A DNA stretch of 64,000 nt from positions 145,018,001 through 145,082,000 of the forward strand of contig OZ024743.1 in NCBI GenBank assembly GCA_964016885.1, written 5' to 3'. Below the pieces are notes generated by a model. The model saw nothing but the letters and a program-made list of their open reading frames with translations, did not search any database and had not been told where the DNA came from. Positions 59,091 to 64,000 of this stretch are shown here, piece by piece. Made by a program: the position numbers and the translations under genes. This stretch comes from Eledone cirrhosa. Lineage: Eukaryota. Positions within the stretch are counted from its first letter, which is position 1. Each line of letters starts with the position of its first letter.

Positions 59091-59492
59091 TATATATATA
59101 AAGGATAAGAATGACTTCACTTATAGTTCTAAACAGTTTAATTTAATTTTATAATATTATGATTTTACAATTTGGTTTTGTAGATCTAGTAAATTCTTTG
59201 TTACATTCGGTGGTGAGATTTTTAAAGATTCCTGGTTAACTTTTCTGGAGAACTTTCTCGCATTCGTCGGTGGCTATTGTCAAACTGATCACAGGTCAGT
59301 TTGACAATCGCCACTGACGAATACGTGAAAGTTCTCCAGAAAAGTTAACCAGGAATCTTTAAAAATCTCACCACCGAGGTTAACAGAATTTACTAGATCT
59401 ACAAAACCAAATTGTAAAATCATATTATTATAAAATTAAATTAAACTGTTTAGAACTACAAGTGAAGTCATTCTTATCCTTTATATATATAT
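59091..59492. mobile_element. Fold-back element (~197-bp arms, 7-nt loop)
   Basis: Arms meet at caaactga-tcacagg-tcagtttg (59281-59303); TA-flanked. Confidence 0.88.
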
Positions 59493-59949
59493 ATATATTT
59501 GACTTCACTATATAATGACTTCACTACAAGTGAAGTCATTCTTTTCCTTTTTTAAAATATACCTAACTATACCAAGGATTTCACACATTTTCCAATATAT
59601 ATGTGTGTGTGTTTGTGTGTGCATACATATATGAGTGCGTGAATGTGTGTGTGCGCATATAGTCAGTGATTAGATATGTTGTTTATATTATGTATATACC
59701 AGAAATGTTTCTAGAGATTGAATTCTCTCCCAACTTTACCAAATTATACTATATAACATATATTATCAACCGTTCAACAGACTGGCAGAGGTATACAGTT
59801 CTGATGATGGGTAATGACACAGAAAGATGTTAATTGTTCCTCAAAGCCAGTGTTGAACAAACAGGTGACGATCGATCACCAGCACGGCACAGCTTCAAAT
59901 TGGACCGTTATAGTGAAATATTCAACACTAACATCCAAATTCATACATT

Positions 59950-60072
<123 letters not shown>

Positions 60073-60155
60073 TATATATAATATACACATATATAATATA
60101 TATATTGTAAGACTTTTGGAGAGTCATGATCCTCCAAAAGTATATATACATGTAA

Positions 60156-60340
60156 TCAATATATTAATAAATGGAAACTATATTTATAAAACCATAATTA
60201 TTGTATTATATATATTTCAAGGGCAACCAAGGTAAATTATGGTGCGCTTTCATCAGATAAAATCCTTGGTTGCCCTTGAAATATATATAATAAAATAATT
60301 ATGGTTTTATAAATATAGTTTCCATTTATTAATATATTGA
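60156..60340. mobile_element. Fold-back element with a hammerhead on the - strand (60200-60263)
   Basis: Arms 60156-60232 and 60264-60340. HHR reads ATTTTAT CTGATGA AAG..CTT GAAA TATATA TA ATACAAT. Confidence 0.8.
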
Positions 60341-60481
60341 ATATTTACTCCACTAAGCTGTTATGCTTTATATCAGTTATAAAATTTTTAAGCTTGTTGA
60401 ATCTTAACAAATTAAATATAACCTCTGCATATATATATGTATGTATTTATGTATATTTATAAATATGTATATATATATATA

Positions 60482-60629
<148 letters not shown>

Positions 60630-60822
60630 GTGAATAGAAATAACAAAGCAAATGACAGCACAATAAAGAAATTGATGTAGTGTCTTGTCTTATAATTCTT
60701 CGAATGCGCAGGTAAAACTCAAAATTAGTAAGACCCACCACATAGCCAAAACAAATTAATTTATGTGTGTGTTTGTGTGTGTTTGTCTGTGAGTGAAGGT
60801 GCATGTGTGTGTGTGAGTACCA

Positions 60823-61152
60823 ACGTAAATAGCATACTGGTTATAGCATTGGATTCACAATCACGAGGTTGTGAGTTCGATTCTCAGACAGGAAGATGCG
60901 TTGTGACCTTGAGCGAACACTTTATTTCATGTTTCAGTTCACTCAGGTACAGAAATGAGATGCGGCGTGACAGGTACTAAGTTGTATCGGCCTTTGCCTT
61001 ACCCTTGGATGACATCAGTGATCTGGAGAGGGAAGACTAATATGTATGGACGAATGCTGGTCTTCCACAAGAACACTTGCCCGGACGTATGCCACGGACG
61101 GGAACTTTCTGGGTGATACAACTAAGGTCATTCATGACCAAATGTGGTCTTT
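60823..61152 (+). mobile_element. tRNA-derived CORE-type SINE
   Basis: tRNA-like head (tagcatactggttatagc, B-box GAGTTCGATTC) followed by CORE-like gtgaccttgagcgaacactt. Confidence 0.7.
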
Positions 61153-61157
61153 AGTCT

Positions 61158-61278
<121 letters not shown>

Positions 61279-61437
61279 CTAGCTGAATCTAGCTGTCGCA
61301 ACGGCCGGAGCTCAGCCGTCGGTGTCCTGAATCTTTTCATATTACCAACTCTACTATCCCAAGTATCGAGTACTCTGGTCCGTTATGGTCCGCTTGGTAT
61401 CTTACCACAATTTCTCTGTCTCTCTCTCTCTCTCTCA

Positions 61438-61479
<42 letters not shown>

Positions 61480-61483
<4 letters not shown>

Positions 61484-61536
61484 GTAAGTATGTATGTATA
61501 CGTACATACATATATGTATACAGACGTACAGTAGTA

Positions 61537-61590
<54 letters not shown>

Positions 61591-62267
61591 CAGGTACACA
61601 TATATATATGTACGTATCAGTTTAGCGGACGTTTATTATAACGCCCGCTTTGTCCGTTTGTAAACAAACAGCCTGATTTATGCCGTACGGTGTTAAGGCA
61701 ACCACGTCACCTTTTTGTTCAACACTGACACAGGAACGATGTACTAGTTTCAAGCTTGTTAGCTTTGTAAACAAACAGCCTGATTTATGCCGTACGGTGT
61801 TAAGGCAGCCACGTCACCTTTTTGTTCAACACTGACACAGGAACGATGTACTAGTTTCAAGCTTGTTACCTATCATCAGCACCGTATACCCTTCTGCCAG
61901 ATGGTTGAACGTTCGAAAGTATATACTTTCCTTATGAAAATTAACGGCTGAGCAGCCTAATTTGCATATCGAGTGAGTTCAGTCGGCCAGGCGCACCAAA
62001 TTAGGCTGCTCAGCCGTTAATTTTCATAAGGAAAGTATATACTTTCGAACGTTCAACCATCTGGCTGAAGGGTATACGGTGCTGATGATAGCTAAGAAGC
62101 TTGAAACTAGTACATCGTTCCTGTGTCAGTGTTGAACAAAAAGGTGACGTGGTTGCCTTAACACCGTACGGCATAAATCAGGCTGTCTGTTTGTTTACAA
62201 ACGGACAAAGCGGGCGTTATAATAAACGTCCGCTAAACTTATACGTACATATATATATGTGTACCTG

Positions 62268-62319
<52 letters not shown>

Positions 62320-62376
62320 TACTACTGTACGTATGTATACATATATGTATGTACGTATACATACATACTTACATTT
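61480..62376. mobile_element. Fold-back element (32-nt loop) with a hammerhead in each arm and a ~108-bp tandem duplication in the left arm
   Basis: Apex at 61965-61996. HHR ACGGTG CTGATGA ..AGC/GCT.. GAAA CTAG TA CATCGT at 62076-62118 (+) and 61843-61885 (-). Confidence 0.86.
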
Positions 62377-62494
62377 AAGTAAGTGCCGTACTAAGAGTGA
62401 GAATTGAAATTTCGTTTCATTCTATTTCAACTTATATATATATATATATATACATATATAAATGTCTATGTATCTATGTATATATATATGTATG

Positions 62495-62613
<119 letters not shown>

Positions 62614-62877
62614 TATATATATATGAAGTGATTCCGTCGGAAAGGTCCAGGAAAAAAGAGTGCTGTATGTAGGTTACAGAGCTTATTTATGTAATAAACA
62701 ACATAAGATGATTATTTCATTTACCAGTGGTTTCTTGAAAGCAAATAAATCTGCTTTCAGTCGCCAGAATGAAAAAATCCTGGTGTTTTTATTGAATGTG
62801 GATTTGAAAATGTTTTTCAAATCCACATTTAAGGATAAATATATATCAGATATATAAGAAGCGTAGAGCAAATATTT

Positions 62878-63014
62878 ATTAAAATAACAGATTAAAGTTT
62901 AAGCAAAGAATCGATGCTTTCACCCTTAACGGGATCTTCTAAAACTGAGTTTTAGAAGATCCCGTTAAGGGTGAAAGCAGCGATTCTTTGTTTAAACTTT
63001 AATCTGTTATTTTA
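62878..63014. mobile_element. Short fold-back of the 15326/37137 hammerhead family (1-nt apex at 62947)
   Basis: aaaact-g-agtttt; the arms contain gaagatcccgttaagggtgaaagc. Confidence 0.85.
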
Positions 63015-63030
63015 ATATATATATAAATAA

Positions 63031-63071
<41 letters not shown>

Positions 63072-63077
<6 letters not shown>

Positions 63078-63410
63078 TTCAAAATATTAACAAAATAGAT
63101 ATTCTTGTGACCAATTATATTTTATTATACATATTTCAGAGGTACTGAGCTAAGTTCAACTGTACGTCCTCATCAGATAAAATAAAATGATACATGACAT
63201 ACCCTGATATAGTAGATGGTAAAGATTTTATCTTAACCATCTACTATGTCAGGGTATGTCATGTATCATTTTATTTTATCTGATGAGGACGTACTGTTGA
63301 ACTTAACTCAGTACCTCTGAAATATGTATAATAAAATGTAATTGATCACAAGAATATCTATTTTGTTAATATTTTGAATTAATATTAATAACTCTGGAAA
63401 TTATTTTCTG
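63072..63410. mobile_element. Fold-back element (3-nt apex) with a hammerhead in each arm; relative of 38206-38544
   Basis: HHR ATTTTAT CTGATGA G..GTACTG/CAGTAC..T GAAA TATGTA TA ATAAAAT at 63273-63337 (+) and 63119-63183 (-). Confidence 0.86.
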
Positions 63411-63754
63411 TTGAGTGCTTCCAATCTATTGTAAAACTCATTCTTTGATGTATTCATTGAACCTTGTTTAACTCTTATTCCTTCCTTGCTCACATTTCAA
63501 CCAGGTTTGATGGTCTTTATTCTCTCGTTCACGATGTCACCGAACTTAAATTCATAGAAATCTGGGACTTGTCTCCTTCTTCCTCACTTTCTGTTGCTTC
63601 ACCATTTTGTTTGTTTACCCTCGTGTCCCCTTTATTTACGTGTCCCAACGACTTTTTTTAGCCGTTGCTCGCACCAACCGGAGGTATATGGTCTTTAAAG
63701 CGATGAAATGCCTATGATAGTTGGAAGATCACTGATGAAGGACAAACCTTTTTC

Positions 63755-63798
<44 letters not shown>

Positions 63799-64000
63799 TA
63801 TGTATGTATGTAAGTATATATATATAGTGTTACAAAGTAAAGGGACATAAACAAGAGATGGACATTTTCCCTTCATCTGTTGTCTACTACGGTCACAGAT
63901 GTTTCAGCGCATTATAGACAATACAATCCATAGCGCGCCCATAGCTTTTTATCTATCAAAATGCTATGAGAGAAAGAAGCGATAGCAAAGAGAGAGAAAA

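Noticed and set aside
60823-60900. tRNA gene with a CAC anticodon-like loop
   Set aside because: The acceptor stem is not formed and the sequence continues into a CORE-like SINE body.
63725-63755. CTGATGA AGG ACAAA CCT
   Set aside because: Possible 5' half of a hammerhead, but it is truncated before GAAA; not supportable.

Overview
This is AT-rich eukaryotic DNA saturated with microsatellites. The SINE sequences and repeat make-up suggest an octopus or other cephalopod (inference). No host gene can be supported, and there is a 200-N gap at 39212-39411. Almost everything is mobile DNA, sorted by microsatellite type. (TACA)n tracts hold R4/Dong-type RLE LINEs on the + strand (one intact 1169-aa ORF at 6297-9806) and RTE LINEs with their bipartite non-autonomous derivatives on the - strand. 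(TA)n tracts hold Penelope-like elements (PLEs) of about three lineages, a CRE-clade LINE, and more than a dozen fold-back (palindromic) inserts. The main unannotated signal is about 30 type I hammerhead ribozyme (HHR) motifs found by eye on both strands. Most lie near the outward-facing 3' ends of the fold-back inserts. They include natural U3-A8 compensatory core variants, HHRs with large stem II insertions, and two ORF-less retrozyme-like units with 591-nt and 472-nt periodicity. tRNA-derived SINEs and non-autonomous Helitron-like pieces are also present. All structures were read by hand, so boundaries may be off by a few bases and clade names rest on remembered motifs rather than database searches.
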